Below are positions 1 to 8,373 of a DNA stretch of 24,000 nucleotides, in pieces (the stretch's first letter is position 1; each line of letters begins with the position of its first letter). The notes beneath the pieces are model-generated. The model was not told the DNA's origin and ran no database searches. It saw only the letters and a program-made list of their open reading frames with translations. Source of the DNA: Pseudomonadales bacterium (GTDB lineage Bacteria; Pseudomonadota; Gammaproteobacteria; Pseudomonadales; Azotimanducaceae); the NCBI GenBank assembly GCA_965215035.1, contig OZ244040.1, positions 689,523 to 713,522 on the forward strand, in the 5' to 3' direction. The position numbers and the translations under genes are program-made.

Positions 1-65
1 TTCCTTTTATCGCTCGGAGTTCGAGTCGACAGTTTCAATATTTTAAGCAAAGGCGTGTATTCGAT

Positions 66-905
66 ATGACCCAACGCAGGAGCATACTCTCGAGATTTGA
101 CCTGACCGGCCGCGGTGCGCTCGTCACCGGCGGCAGCAAGGGCATCGGCAAAAGCCTTGCCCTAGCACTGTCGGAGGCGGGCGCCGACGTGCTGATTGCG
201 GCGCGCAACGTAGAAGGCCTGAAAGCCGCGGCCGAAGAAATTGCGGTGGCTTCGGGAAATCGCGTGGAGTATTGCGCCGTGGATCTTGCAGACCGTGAAT
301 CGACCAGGAGCCTAGCCATCCGGGCGCAAGAGATTCTCGGTGGCGTCGACATCCTTGTCGCCAATGCAGCGGTCGAAATGAACGAGCCCGTCGCGAGCAT
401 TCTCGACGAGAGCATCGACCCGGTGGTGGAAACGAATTTCATCTCATCCGTCGTGCTCACTCGCGAACTGGTGCAAGGGATGAAACGGCGGGGTTGGGGG
501 CGGATCATCTATATCTCGTCCGCCACCGTATACAAATCCTCGGCAGACGGACACTCGATCTATTCGGGCACCAAGGCCGCATTGCACGCGTTCGCGCGTA
601 CCGCGGCGGTAGAGCTCGGAGGCGAAGGCATTACGGTGAATGTGGTCGCGGCCGGAACCTATTACACCCAGATGGCGGCAAGGCATTTCGATGCGCTTGA
701 GCCGCAAGCCAGGGAAGCCGGGTTAGCCCTGTATTCGCAAATGAATGCAGTCGGCCGCTGGGGCCGGACCGATGAAATGGAAGGGCCGGTGCTGCTGCTT
801 GCCAGCGATGCGAGCAGCTACATGACGGGCTCGGTCATAACGGTCGATGGCGGCTTGTCTATCCGAATGACACCGAACGCTCCAAGTCCCACCCCAGGTC
901 CGTAG
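66..905 (+). CDS. SDR family (short-chain dehydrogenase/reductase) oxidoreductase
   Basis: Intact 279-codon ATG ORF. It has the N-terminal Rossmann motif TGGSKGIGKS, an NAAV segment, and the catalytic YSGTK (YxxxK) with an upstream Ser. Its length is typical of classical SDRs. The antisense ORF 35..508 is Arg/Ser/Pro-rich junk. Confidence 0.9.
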   Translation: MTQRRSILSRFDLTGRGALVTGGSKGIGKSLALALSEAGADVLIAARNVEGLKAAAEEIAVASGNRVEYCAVDLADRESTRSLAIRAQEILGGVDILVANAAVEMNEPVASILDESIDPVVETNFISSVVLTRELVQGMKRRGWGRIIYISSATVYKSSADGHSIYSGTKAALHAFARTAAVELGGEGITVNVVAAGTYYTQMAARHFDALEPQAREAGLALYSQMNAVGRWGRTDEMEGPVLLLASDASSYMTGSVITVDGGLSIRMTPNAPSPTPGP

Positions 906-980
906 CCGGTTAGGTTAATTGCCTGTCTTCACTGGTGCTGCTCAGACACCTGCGTAGCGCTGGATTCCGACTCCGGGAAT

Positions 981-2249
981 TCACAATACACCGGAATTAC
1001 TCTTCGAATCCCACAGTGCAGGAAGTTTATTTGGAGATCGCAAGGCAAAACCTAGGATCTTCGCTCGATGCCAACGCTCAGGATCTTTGCGCAGATTGTG
1101 AAGACGGTCCAGCACCAGATTCATTGCAATCTGCATCTCAGCCCGGGCCAGATTCGCGCCGAGGCAAGCGTGCACCCCGGCACCGAACGTCATGAGGGGC
1201 CTGCGTGGCCGATGTATATCAAATACCTCGGGACTGTCCCAAATGCGCTCGTCAAAATTCGCCACGCCCATTGATGCCAGAACACCAGCACCTTTTGGCA
1301 CGACAACTCCTTCGACTTCAACATCATGCTTCGCAACCCTGGGTGAAACCCAACCGGGAGCGTCAAATCTGAGGGCTTCCCAAATGGCACCGTCAAGAAG
1401 CGCTCTATCGTCTCTCACCGCATCTAGCTGTGATTGATCTTCGAGAAGGTGGTAGATCAAACTGCTGGTTGACCGTGTCGTCGTATCCAAACCAGCGCTA
1501 ATTATGTTTCTCAGAAAGTTGCAGATTTCCTCATCTGTAAGCCGTTCACCATCGACCTCGGTTGAAATCAGCTTGCCAATGAAATCGTCTCTCGGGTGAA
1601 GTCGACCGTCCTGGACGACGGAGAGAAAGATGTCGTTCATTGAAGCGAACGCCGCAAGCGCCTGCTCGTGTCTTGATGCTATTAACAGGGAGTCGGTTAC
1701 CAGATCGGAGAGCGATGCCTCGTACTTATCCGGAATACCAAATATATGCGCCACCACGAGATAGGGATAGTGAAGTGTGTATTCCTGAACGAGGTCGCCT
1801 CGGCCTTTGTGTACAAATTTGTCAAACTGTGCCGAGATGATGGGAGCGACTTTTTCCTGAAGCCAGTTTTCCGAGACACTTCGATGTGTGAAGGCTTTGG
1901 CGACAAGCTTGCGGTACCGACCATGCTCTGGCTCGTCCATTGTGAACAGCACCTTGCCAAACGACTTTCCCATGCTGAAACCGTAGCCCTGAGCCGCCGA
2001 AAAATTCTCTTCATCAGAGAGTACCTTGCGTACTGCGGCGAAGCTCAAGGCGAGATAGACATCTTGATCCTGGTCGGGCAGCAAGAAATGATTGGAAACC
2101 CTTACCCCATCAAAGGTTGCGTCTCGACCGGCCAGAATTGGGTTCTTTCGGGCAAGCTTCATTAGTGGAGTTAAGGGATCTTCCATGAACTCCTGGCTAA
2201 CATTGAAGTCGACGTAGTCGACTGACCTTTCCATAGTAGATTCTTCCAT
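981..2249 (-). CDS. cytochrome P450
   Basis: 422-codon ORF with the I-helix AGLDTTT, the ExxR motif (EALRF) and the heme-thiolate loop FGAGVHACLG near the C-terminus. The ATG at 2249 is preceded by GAGGTAGGA. An alternative ATG lies at 2234. Confidence 0.93.
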   Translation of the reverse strand: MEESTMERSVDYVDFNVSQEFMEDPLTPLMKLARKNPILAGRDATFDGVRVSNHFLLPDQDQDVYLALSFAAVRKVLSDEENFSAAQGYGFSMGKSFGKVLFTMDEPEHGRYRKLVAKAFTHRSVSENWLQEKVAPIISAQFDKFVHKGRGDLVQEYTLHYPYLVVAHIFGIPDKYEASLSDLVTDSLLIASRHEQALAAFASMNDIFLSVVQDGRLHPRDDFIGKLISTEVDGERLTDEEICNFLRNIISAGLDTTTRSTSSLIYHLLEDQSQLDAVRDDRALLDGAIWEALRFDAPGWVSPRVAKHDVEVEGVVVPKGAGVLASMGVANFDERIWDSPEVFDIHRPRRPLMTFGAGVHACLGANLARAEMQIAMNLVLDRLHNLRKDPERWHRAKILGFALRSPNKLPALWDSKSNSGVL

Positions 2250-2437
2250 CTGGTCCTACCTCACGAACGGGCAGCGCAAGTGATCGATTCCGCCCGTTAA
2301 TCTAACACTGTTGGGATTAGGTGGCAAGCTTCAGCCTTGTCTAACGAGAAGTAAGCCTGAACAGCTTCGCCCTGTGGTCGTTACCGCCCTAGATCCTTTG
2401 CGGAGCAGCTACGCTTGGCGACCGGAAGAAGGTTTTT

Positions 2438-2995
2438 CTAGCGTCCAATGACGATCATCGGCTCGCAAGACTCTCCCAATTTCTCGCAAGCCCGGCGGTA
2501 GGCATTCACGGCGATTCCCGCGTCGACGACGCTTGTGACCCTTGCGTTATGGTCCAAGTTGATGTTGGCACCCTGCAGGATAAACCAGGCCTCCGTTGGG
2601 AATTCCTGATCCTCAGGAACCGTCAAGGTGTGAAGTGATGAGGCGGGTTCAACGAGAAATGAGCCGGGGACATTCCTTGTGTCTGGTTGTTCGAGATAAA
2701 ACCAAGCGCCTTTTCTGGTAATGCCAAGTACCATCCCGGTGTGGTAGTGGGTTTCAAACCGAGCACCTGGCTGCAAGCGCACATTTGAAACATACATGCC
2801 GGTGTTTAGATCGGCTATGGGAATCTGGTATTGAGATCCAACGTCGTCGAGCGGCACCCAGGGCAGATCTGCCTCCATTACGTGAAGTAGGTCGTCAGTG
2901 TGGACTGGAAACTGTCCAAACATTTGTCTCGACTTGTCCGCACTTGGAATCGACTTGCCCATCGACTTCTTCTCCCGCACACACAACGGGACCAT
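2438..2995 (-). CDS. cupin-domain protein, 2,4'-dihydroxyacetophenone dioxygenase (DAD)-like
   Basis: The segment DLPWVPL...RLQPGARFETHYHTGMVLGITRKGAWFY...EPASSLHTL matches the cupin metal-site pattern (HxH...H) and the overall layout I recall for the DAD/ChrR-type cupin family. The start is ambiguous between the ATG at 2995 and the ATG at 2962, and both have purine-rich SD-like upstream sequence. Confidence 0.55.
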   Translation of the reverse strand: MVPLCVREKKSMGKSIPSADKSRQMFGQFPVHTDDLLHVMEADLPWVPLDDVGSQYQIPIADLNTGMYVSNVRLQPGARFETHYHTGMVLGITRKGAWFYLEQPDTRNVPGSFLVEPASSLHTLTVPEDQEFPTEAWFILQGANINLDHNARVTSVVDAGIAVNAYRRACEKLGESCEPMIVIGR

Positions 2996-3147
2996 AAGGC
3001 CCCTGATTTGCGTTTAATCAAACATTGTTGTATTTTGAGCAGGAGAGTCAACGAAGTCAAGTTCGTGCATTCTGTTAAGCGATTGGAGAGAAGGCAACGG
3101 CTCGGCCTTCACTGGCTTGATGTTGGGGATAGAGGGAGATTTGCGAT

Positions 3148-4371
3148 ATGAAGTTTGGGCTCTTCTACGAAATCCAAGTCCCCAAGCCTTGGACCGAGGA
3201 TACCGAACACCAAGCTTTTCACGAGGCGATTGACCAAGCAGTTCTTGCGGACAAACTAGGTTTCGACGTTATTTGGTCAGCCGAGCATCACTTCCTCGAA
3301 GAATACAGTCACAACTCCGCGCCCGAGATCTTTCTTGCGGCTGTTGCTGCGAAAACCAACCAAATCCGCATTGGGCATGGCATTAAGCACTTGACCACAA
3401 ACCATCCGCTGCGCGTTGCAGAACAGGCAGCGACTCTGGACATCATCTCCAGCGGACGACTTGAGCTCGGATTTGGTGAAGGTTCCAACACGACAGAGTT
3501 GCATCCCTTCGGAATCAGGTTCCGGGATAAGCGCGAGCTATGGGAAGACGCCGTCAAGGCGGCGGTTCCGGCCTTCTGGAATACCAGTTGGTCATATGAA
3601 AGCGGGAATTTCTCAATTCCTCCAAGAAATGTCCTACCAAAACCCTTCCAGAAACCACACCCACCTCTCTGGGTCGCTTGTTCTCAAATGAAAACCATAC
3701 TCGACGCCGCACGTTGGGGGATGGGGGCTATGGGATTTGCCTTTCTGGATGACGAGGCCGCAAGAGCTTGGGTGAACGCCTATTACAACGAGTATCTCAG
3801 GAATCTTTCTCCGCTTGCGGAGTACCAAACGAATCCGAACATTACCTGCAGTTACTATTTTTCCTGCGGCGAAACGGACGAGGCTGCTCGGCAAAAGGCT
3901 GAAGGCGCGACATTTTTCGAGTTTGCCCTTGGAAGCTATCAGAAGTACGGGCCTTTTGCTGCGGGAACCACCGATTTTTGGCGTCAGTATCTTGAATGGC
4001 GAAAAACGGAGAAGGCGGCAAGAAAGGAAAAAGCCTTGAGCAGAACACAGCTCATTGGATCGCCCGGAACCCTGCGCGTTCGACTCAGAGATCTGCATAG
4101 CCGACACATTGATCAAGTATTGTTGCTGGCGCAAACTGGCAAAACGACCCATCAAGAGATCTGTGAGAGCCTTGAGTTGTTCGCCGATAAGGTCATGCCA
4201 GAGTTTCAAGCCCTGGAGGTTGAACACCAGGAATGGAAGCGAAAGGTCCTTCAAGGCGAAATAGTCTTGCAAGACTACGACACGGAGGCGCACTCCAAGC
4301 ACGGTAGTGCGATTGACCAGTCCCTGAGCAAGAAAATCCAGCAGGAAAAGACTTTTGCAAGGAACCTGTGA
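3148..4371 (+). CDS. LLM-class (bacterial luciferase-like) flavin-dependent monooxygenase/oxidoreductase
   Basis: The N-terminus MKFGLFYEI...LGFDVIWSAEHHF is typical of the luciferase-like monooxygenase family. There is a strong SD (GAGGGAGA) 9 nt upstream of the ATG. The ORF is 407 codons with a C-terminal extension. Confidence 0.88.
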   Translation: MKFGLFYEIQVPKPWTEDTEHQAFHEAIDQAVLADKLGFDVIWSAEHHFLEEYSHNSAPEIFLAAVAAKTNQIRIGHGIKHLTTNHPLRVAEQAATLDIISSGRLELGFGEGSNTTELHPFGIRFRDKRELWEDAVKAAVPAFWNTSWSYESGNFSIPPRNVLPKPFQKPHPPLWVACSQMKTILDAARWGMGAMGFAFLDDEAARAWVNAYYNEYLRNLSPLAEYQTNPNITCSYYFSCGETDEAARQKAEGATFFEFALGSYQKYGPFAAGTTDFWRQYLEWRKTEKAARKEKALSRTQLIGSPGTLRVRLRDLHSRHIDQVLLLAQTGKTTHQEICESLELFADKVMPEFQALEVEHQEWKRKVLQGEIVLQDYDTEAHSKHGSAIDQSLSKKIQQEKTFARNL

Positions 4372-4386
4372 CCGGAGACCGATTCC

Positions 4387-5982
4387 ATGGGGTTTGAGTA
4401 CGACGGGTTTGAATGGGGAGCTGGCGTAACGACGGGGGTCATCAATGGCCACCCCTGCCGCATGTACGGTGCCCGTCGAAAAACCATAACCGATCTGTTG
4501 ATTGACGCCCGTAGATGGCCCGATCATGAGTACCTTGTATGTGAAGAACGTCGTTTAACCTACAGGGAGCACGAACAAGCGGTTTACCGGGTAGCGGCAA
4601 GGTTGACTGGAATGGGTGCCAAGCAGGGCAATAGGGTGCTCCTGCTCGCGGCAAATAGCATGGAATGGATAGTTTCCTTCTGGGCGATACTGCAAGTTGG
4701 CGGTGTTGTTGTGTCGGGAAACGCTTGGTGGAGCAAGCACGAAGTGGAACATGCGCATGAAACTGCTGACATTGATTTCACCATTGCTGACAAAAAAAGA
4801 CTTGCCGACGTGCCGCCGCATCAAAGGTCCGTGGCTGTCGAGAAGATCCGTGAGTGGGTTGAGGATCGAAGCATTTCCGGGCAGGATGCGCGGCCTAATG
4901 TGAACGAGGATGATCCCGCGATCATTCTCTTTACCTCCGGGTCCACCGGCGCACCCAAGGGAGCGATCCTATCGCACCGCTCTCAGATAGCAAACGTTCA
5001 TAATCTTCAGTGCGCAGCCAACAAGCTGCCCCATCAGAGAAGCACTGCTGATCCATCGCCGATACAACTAATATCTTCACCACTCTTTCACATTGCGGGC
5101 ATACAACTGATTCTGTCTATCTTGATTTCTGGCGGAAAGCTCATCATGACCGAGGGTAGATTCGATCCGTTGAAGATCCTCAGGACCATAGAGAAGGAAA
5201 GAGTCACGGCTTGGGGTGGACCGCCTACGATGCTCACCCGACTGATTGAATGTTCTCGTCTTTCAGAGTTTGACCACTCAAGCTTGCGGTCTATTGGCAC
5301 TGGCGGAACGAGAGTGCCGCCTGAGATCACGGAGAAAGTGCGGGCAACATTTTCTTCCCTTCGTGGAAACGTCAGCGTGGTGTACGGATCAAGCGAGGCG
5401 GGCGGCACACTCACCACAATGTCGGGACTGTCCTATGCGCAAAGGCCGACAGCCTCCGGTAGACCGCTGCTAGTAGTGGAACTTAAAATCGATTCTCCGA
5501 AAGACGACGGAGTTGGGGAGATCTGTGCGCGGTCCCCAACCAATATGACGGGCTATCTTGGGAGTGCGGATAATCCAATTGACTCTGAAGGCTGGCTGCA
5601 TATGGGTGACTTGGGTTACTTGGATGAGGATGGTTACGTACACGTAACTGGACGCAGTAAGGACGTCATCATCAGAGGCGGTGAGAATGTTGCCGCCGCC
5701 AACGTGGAGGCGGCGTTGATAAGGCATCGGGATGTCTTGGAAGTCGCGGTCGTTGGGCTAGAGAGCCGTGAATGGGGAGAGGAAGTCGGTGCAGCTATCG
5801 TCTTACGCGAAGGGGCGAGATTGACCGAGGCCAAATTGGCAGAATATGTCGCACCACTTCTGGCATATTTTGAACGACCCACAAAATGGTGGTTGCGTAC
5901 CGACCCGCTTCCGGTTGGTGCGACTCAAAAGGTACTGAAAGCCAAAATCGTCCAAGAATGGCCTTTGGAGGTCAATCCATAA
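4387..5982 (+). CDS. AMP-dependent synthetase/ligase (acyl-CoA synthetase family)
   Basis: Adenylate-forming core motif LFTSGSTGAPKGA, later YGSSEAGG and GDLGYLDEDGYVHVTGRSKDVI motifs, and a terminal conserved Lys region. The gene starts 16 nt after the LLM stop, which suggests co-transcription. Confidence 0.9.
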   Translation: MGFEYDGFEWGAGVTTGVINGHPCRMYGARRKTITDLLIDARRWPDHEYLVCEERRLTYREHEQAVYRVAARLTGMGAKQGNRVLLLAANSMEWIVSFWAILQVGGVVVSGNAWWSKHEVEHAHETADIDFTIADKKRLADVPPHQRSVAVEKIREWVEDRSISGQDARPNVNEDDPAIILFTSGSTGAPKGAILSHRSQIANVHNLQCAANKLPHQRSTADPSPIQLISSPLFHIAGIQLILSILISGGKLIMTEGRFDPLKILRTIEKERVTAWGGPPTMLTRLIECSRLSEFDHSSLRSIGTGGTRVPPEITEKVRATFSSLRGNVSVVYGSSEAGGTLTTMSGLSYAQRPTASGRPLLVVELKIDSPKDDGVGEICARSPTNMTGYLGSADNPIDSEGWLHMGDLGYLDEDGYVHVTGRSKDVIIRGGENVAAANVEAALIRHRDVLEVAVVGLESREWGEEVGAAIVLREGARLTEAKLAEYVAPLLAYFERPTKWWLRTDPLPVGATQKVLKAKIVQEWPLEVNP

Positions 5983-6039
5983 TGCCTAAACAGAGGCTCG
6001 ATCAGACTAGAACGCAAATGTTTAGCGGAGAAAATTGGT

Positions 6040-6540
6040 ATGGCGACGGTAAAGCTTGATATTGAAACGCGGCTTGCGATCGAGGCCGTCCCACTGAAGC
6101 TCATTGATGCGGTGACGCGGAATGATCCTGAGCTCTACGCGAGTTGTTTCCTTGAGCATGATTCGGTTTGGGATGCCTCCAAGCTGACAGGCGACGAGGC
6201 CGGATTCCCCTTTCGAGGACGCGAAGCGATCAAGGCAGCAATGAAGGCTTTTGAAGACTCTCTGGCGTTGGCGGCTCAAACCCACTATTCGACGCACATC
6301 GACGAATATACTGGGCGTACTGCCTGCGTTCGTTACTATATCGGTGAATATGGTCGGGTTCCAGGTGGGGAAATGGAGTTCGGTGTCGGAATGTACTCCG
6401 ATAAGTACGAGCTTTGCGAAGATGGAGAGTGGCGTGTGCGAGAGCATGTCTTAACCCCGGTGTTCTTCGGCTCGGGCGACTTTACGAACATCTCGAAAGA
6501 AACCAATACCATCGCAATAGAAAAGCCCTCGGCTGCCTAG
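6040..6540 (+). CDS. NTF2-like / SnoaL-like domain protein
   Basis: 166-codon ORF with SD GGAGAAA. The size and the pattern (RLAIEAV...LIDAVTRNDPELYASCF...W...FRGREAI...Y) resemble SnoaL_4/NTF2-fold proteins. The assignment is by pattern only. Confidence 0.55.
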   Translation: MATVKLDIETRLAIEAVPLKLIDAVTRNDPELYASCFLEHDSVWDASKLTGDEAGFPFRGREAIKAAMKAFEDSLALAAQTHYSTHIDEYTGRTACVRYYIGEYGRVPGGEMEFGVGMYSDKYELCEDGEWRVREHVLTPVFFGSGDFTNISKETNTIAIEKPSAA

Positions 6541-6598
6541 CTGAATTAACGAGGTTGCGGAATCGCTGTGGCCGGTCGCTATCTGACTTGGTCAGCCT

Positions 6599-7219
6599 TC
6601 AGTCCTGCTGTTGAAGCGCGCCGGTCAAAACGAGGTGGCACATCTGCGTAAAGCTTTTTTGGAGATCAATACTCTTTCGCCGTGTGGCTTCGTAGAGTAG
6701 CGGGTAGTTCTCTGGATCGACCGCTCCAAATTCAATTCGCTTTCCGCCGGTTACCTCGGCCATTGCACTCCCTAGCGAAAGAACTTCAATGCTCACCATC
6801 AAGAGGAGGGATTCTTCAGTATTGAATCCAGCATCTCTGAAATTCTGTAGGCAGCGCTCGTATTTGTCGTGGTTGTTGGGGCGCGGATTGTGGGCACTCG
6901 TCAGCATCGCGGCATTTGGATGCTGAAGGATTGTCTCACGGTATGACATTGCCATTGTCATGAGCGCTTGCTCCCAGCTATCGGGTGTTCGCGCACGGGG
7001 TACGTTTCCGCTGTCCACGATTTTCTGCGCGACGGCGCGGAGAATCTCATCCTTATCCTTGAAATGGTGGTAAAGCGATGTCGAATTTATATTCAGCCTT
7101 TTCCCTAGCTTACGCATGCTAAAGCGGGGTAGGCCCTCTTCGTCAATGATATTCAGCGCTTCGTCTACGACTGTCTCGTAGGTGATCACAGGTTCGCTTG
7201 GACGGCCACTTTTTCGCAT
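6599..7219 (-). CDS. TetR/AcrR family transcriptional regulator
   Basis: The N-terminal HTH FSMRKLGKRLNINSTSLYHHFKDKDEIL is the canonical TetR_N signature. The ORF is 206 codons. Confidence 0.9.
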   Translation of the reverse strand: MRKSGRPSEPVITYETVVDEALNIIDEEGLPRFSMRKLGKRLNINSTSLYHHFKDKDEILRAVAQKIVDSGNVPRARTPDSWEQALMTMAMSYRETILQHPNAAMLTSAHNPRPNNHDKYERCLQNFRDAGFNTEESLLLMVSIEVLSLGSAMAEVTGGKRIEFGAVDPENYPLLYEATRRKSIDLQKSFTQMCHLVLTGALQQQD

Positions 7220-7222
7220 TCT

Positions 7223-7447
7223 CTATTTCTCTATGGTAATGGGTAGGGAGATATGTGTGATTCCAAGCGGCTTGGCCTTGGGGCGGGTGTAATGGACGAC
7301 GCCAACTGCGAGCAGCCCTTTGTTGGTTATCATCGCCACGCGTTGACAACCCTGGTCTGTAGAACTCTTTGGCACCAACGAGCGACATCCAAGGCCTATC
7401 TTGACCACAGTTGTAGATTCCCAGTCGAATGATTGTTGTTCAGTCAT
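7223..7447 (-). CDS. hypothetical small protein (74 aa)
   Basis: The ATG at 7447 is preceded by AGGAG at 8-nt spacing. The stop lies 3 nt upstream of the TetR ATG, an arrangement like translational coupling. It is the only sizeable ORF here not already accounted for; the one other overlapping ORF, 7143..7388 (-), runs out of frame into the TetR gene. I recognise no family. Confidence 0.35.
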   Translation of the reverse strand: MTEQQSFDWESTTVVKIGLGCRSLVPKSSTDQGCQRVAMITNKGLLAVGVVHYTRPKAKPLGITHISLPITIEK

Positions 7448-7462
7448 CTGTGAATCTCCTAG

Positions 7463-7896
7463 CCGTCAGTTCATATGCTACAGCGATACCTCAAGCTCGT
7501 CGAGGACGCCCAAGGCCACGCCTGGGCCAGGCGCATGGGCAAGCTCCTGCTCGAAACCTGCCGCACGGTCCGCGAACTCGAACGCATGGCGCTCGACGAC
7601 ACCGCCCTCAAGGCCGTGTGCAAACGCTACTGCATCCCCAGTCGGCCTGACCCTACCGTTCGCCGCTCTCGAAAACCGATCTTCAACACCGAGAGTCACC
7701 TGTGGCCGAGCGCTCGCCGGCAACGCCGTCCTCGGTGCCAATCACCGTTCTCGACTGTCCTTTGAGCTGTTCGCCCAGCTTATCGACCGAAAACATGGAC
7801 GGACGCACCGTTCGAACCGCTCGTTGTGAGATACCTCGCGACCCGCCCGCACCAACCACCTCGCCGGCAGATTCCGTATCTACGGACAGGAGCTAA
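7463..7896 (+). mobile_element. IS66-family (ISBst12-like) transposase gene remnant, truncated at both ends and frameshifted
   Basis: Frame 1 reads VHMLQRYLKLVEDAQGHAWARRMGKLLLE, which resembles the conserved CNAH-LREL...W(A)..M..LL block of this transposase group. Further family-like pieces (ARRQRRPR.., LIDRKH.., APFEP.., ARCEIPRD) appear only after switching among all three forward frames. There is no start, no catalytic N-terminal part and no C-terminal end. The segment is visibly more G+C-rich than its flanks. Confidence 0.5.
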
Positions 7897-8373
7897 CTAG
7901 GAGGGGTTGGCTTGCTGTGACAACAGCATAATACACCGCTTGGTAGTCAACCGGCGATATGGCAGCGCCTTTTCACAGTATTCAGGGTCTAGATGCAACT
8001 CAATAAAAGATTCTGCACTTGGGTACTGAGTCACGACCACCGTATCCCACTGATTGCTGTCATCACCGATAATCGTGAGCGGCAGGCCACTCACATAAAC
8101 GGGCTTCACGCCGATGCGCTCGATGAGAGGCGTAGTGACTTCAACGTACTTCGCCAGTGCTTCAGCCACACTGCCACGAAAACCCAGCTTCTCATCGCGC
8201 AATTCGCCAGTAGGCAGTTGCAGAAAGCTTACGGTCACAATGGGCTGTTTGTTGGGATATAGCAAAATACAGCGCCATTGTTCTTCTGTTGGAAAACCTG
8301 TCGAGTTGCCATAGATCACCATCAACTCGGCTAGTTTTTTGTCAACATTAGTCGTTGCATTATCAGTCGTCAT
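7897..8373 (-). CDS. DUF1330 domain-containing protein
   Basis: I take the internal ATG at 8373 (MTTDNATTNVDKK...) as the real start, with a purine-rich AAGAAGAGA upstream. The C-terminal part, YVEVTTPLIERIGVKPVYVSG...WDTVVVTQYPSAESFIELHLDPEY...YRR, follows the DUF1330 pattern (GG-type strand, EFPS-like strand, S/DPEY, R). The 238-aa ORF in the track is a read-through into an unrelated fragment. Confidence 0.6.
   Translation of the reverse strand: MTTDNATTNVDKKLAELMVIYGNSTGFPTEEQWRCILLYPNKQPIVTVSFLQLPTGELRDEKLGFRGSVAEALAKYVEVTTPLIERIGVKPVYVSGLPLTIIGDDSNQWDTVVVTQYPSAESFIELHLDPEYCEKALPYRRLTTKRCIMLLSQQANPS

Noticed and set aside
35-508. 157-aa minus-strand ORF
   Set aside because: It is antisense to the SDR gene and is a Ser/Arg/Thr/Ala-rich shadow ORF.
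2266-2298. Inverted repeat AACGGGC-N19-GCCCGTT just upstream of the P450 start, as a possible operator
   Set aside because: It has only 7-bp arms with a long spacer, and I cannot test it against any known TetR operator consensus. It could equally be a weak transcript hairpin.
3051-3066. Small dyad ACGAA-N6-TTCGT, and the nearby AACA-T-TGTT, in the divergent cupin/LLM promoter region as TetR operator candidates
   Set aside because: The arms are only 4-5 bp, which is expected by chance in a 150-bp region.
3634-4527. 297-aa minus-strand ORF
   Set aside because: It is antisense to the well-supported LLM monooxygenase and runs across the LLM/ligase intergenic gap. It has no recognisable motif and an odd composition.
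7401-7896. Overlapping ORFs 7401..7829, 7429..7650, 7475..7765 and 7702..7896 (plus strand), and 7478..7741 (minus strand), considered as separate genes
   Set aside because: The plus-strand ORFs are best explained as the three frames of one frameshifted transposase remnant. The minus-strand ORF is a G+C-rich shadow. None has its own start context.
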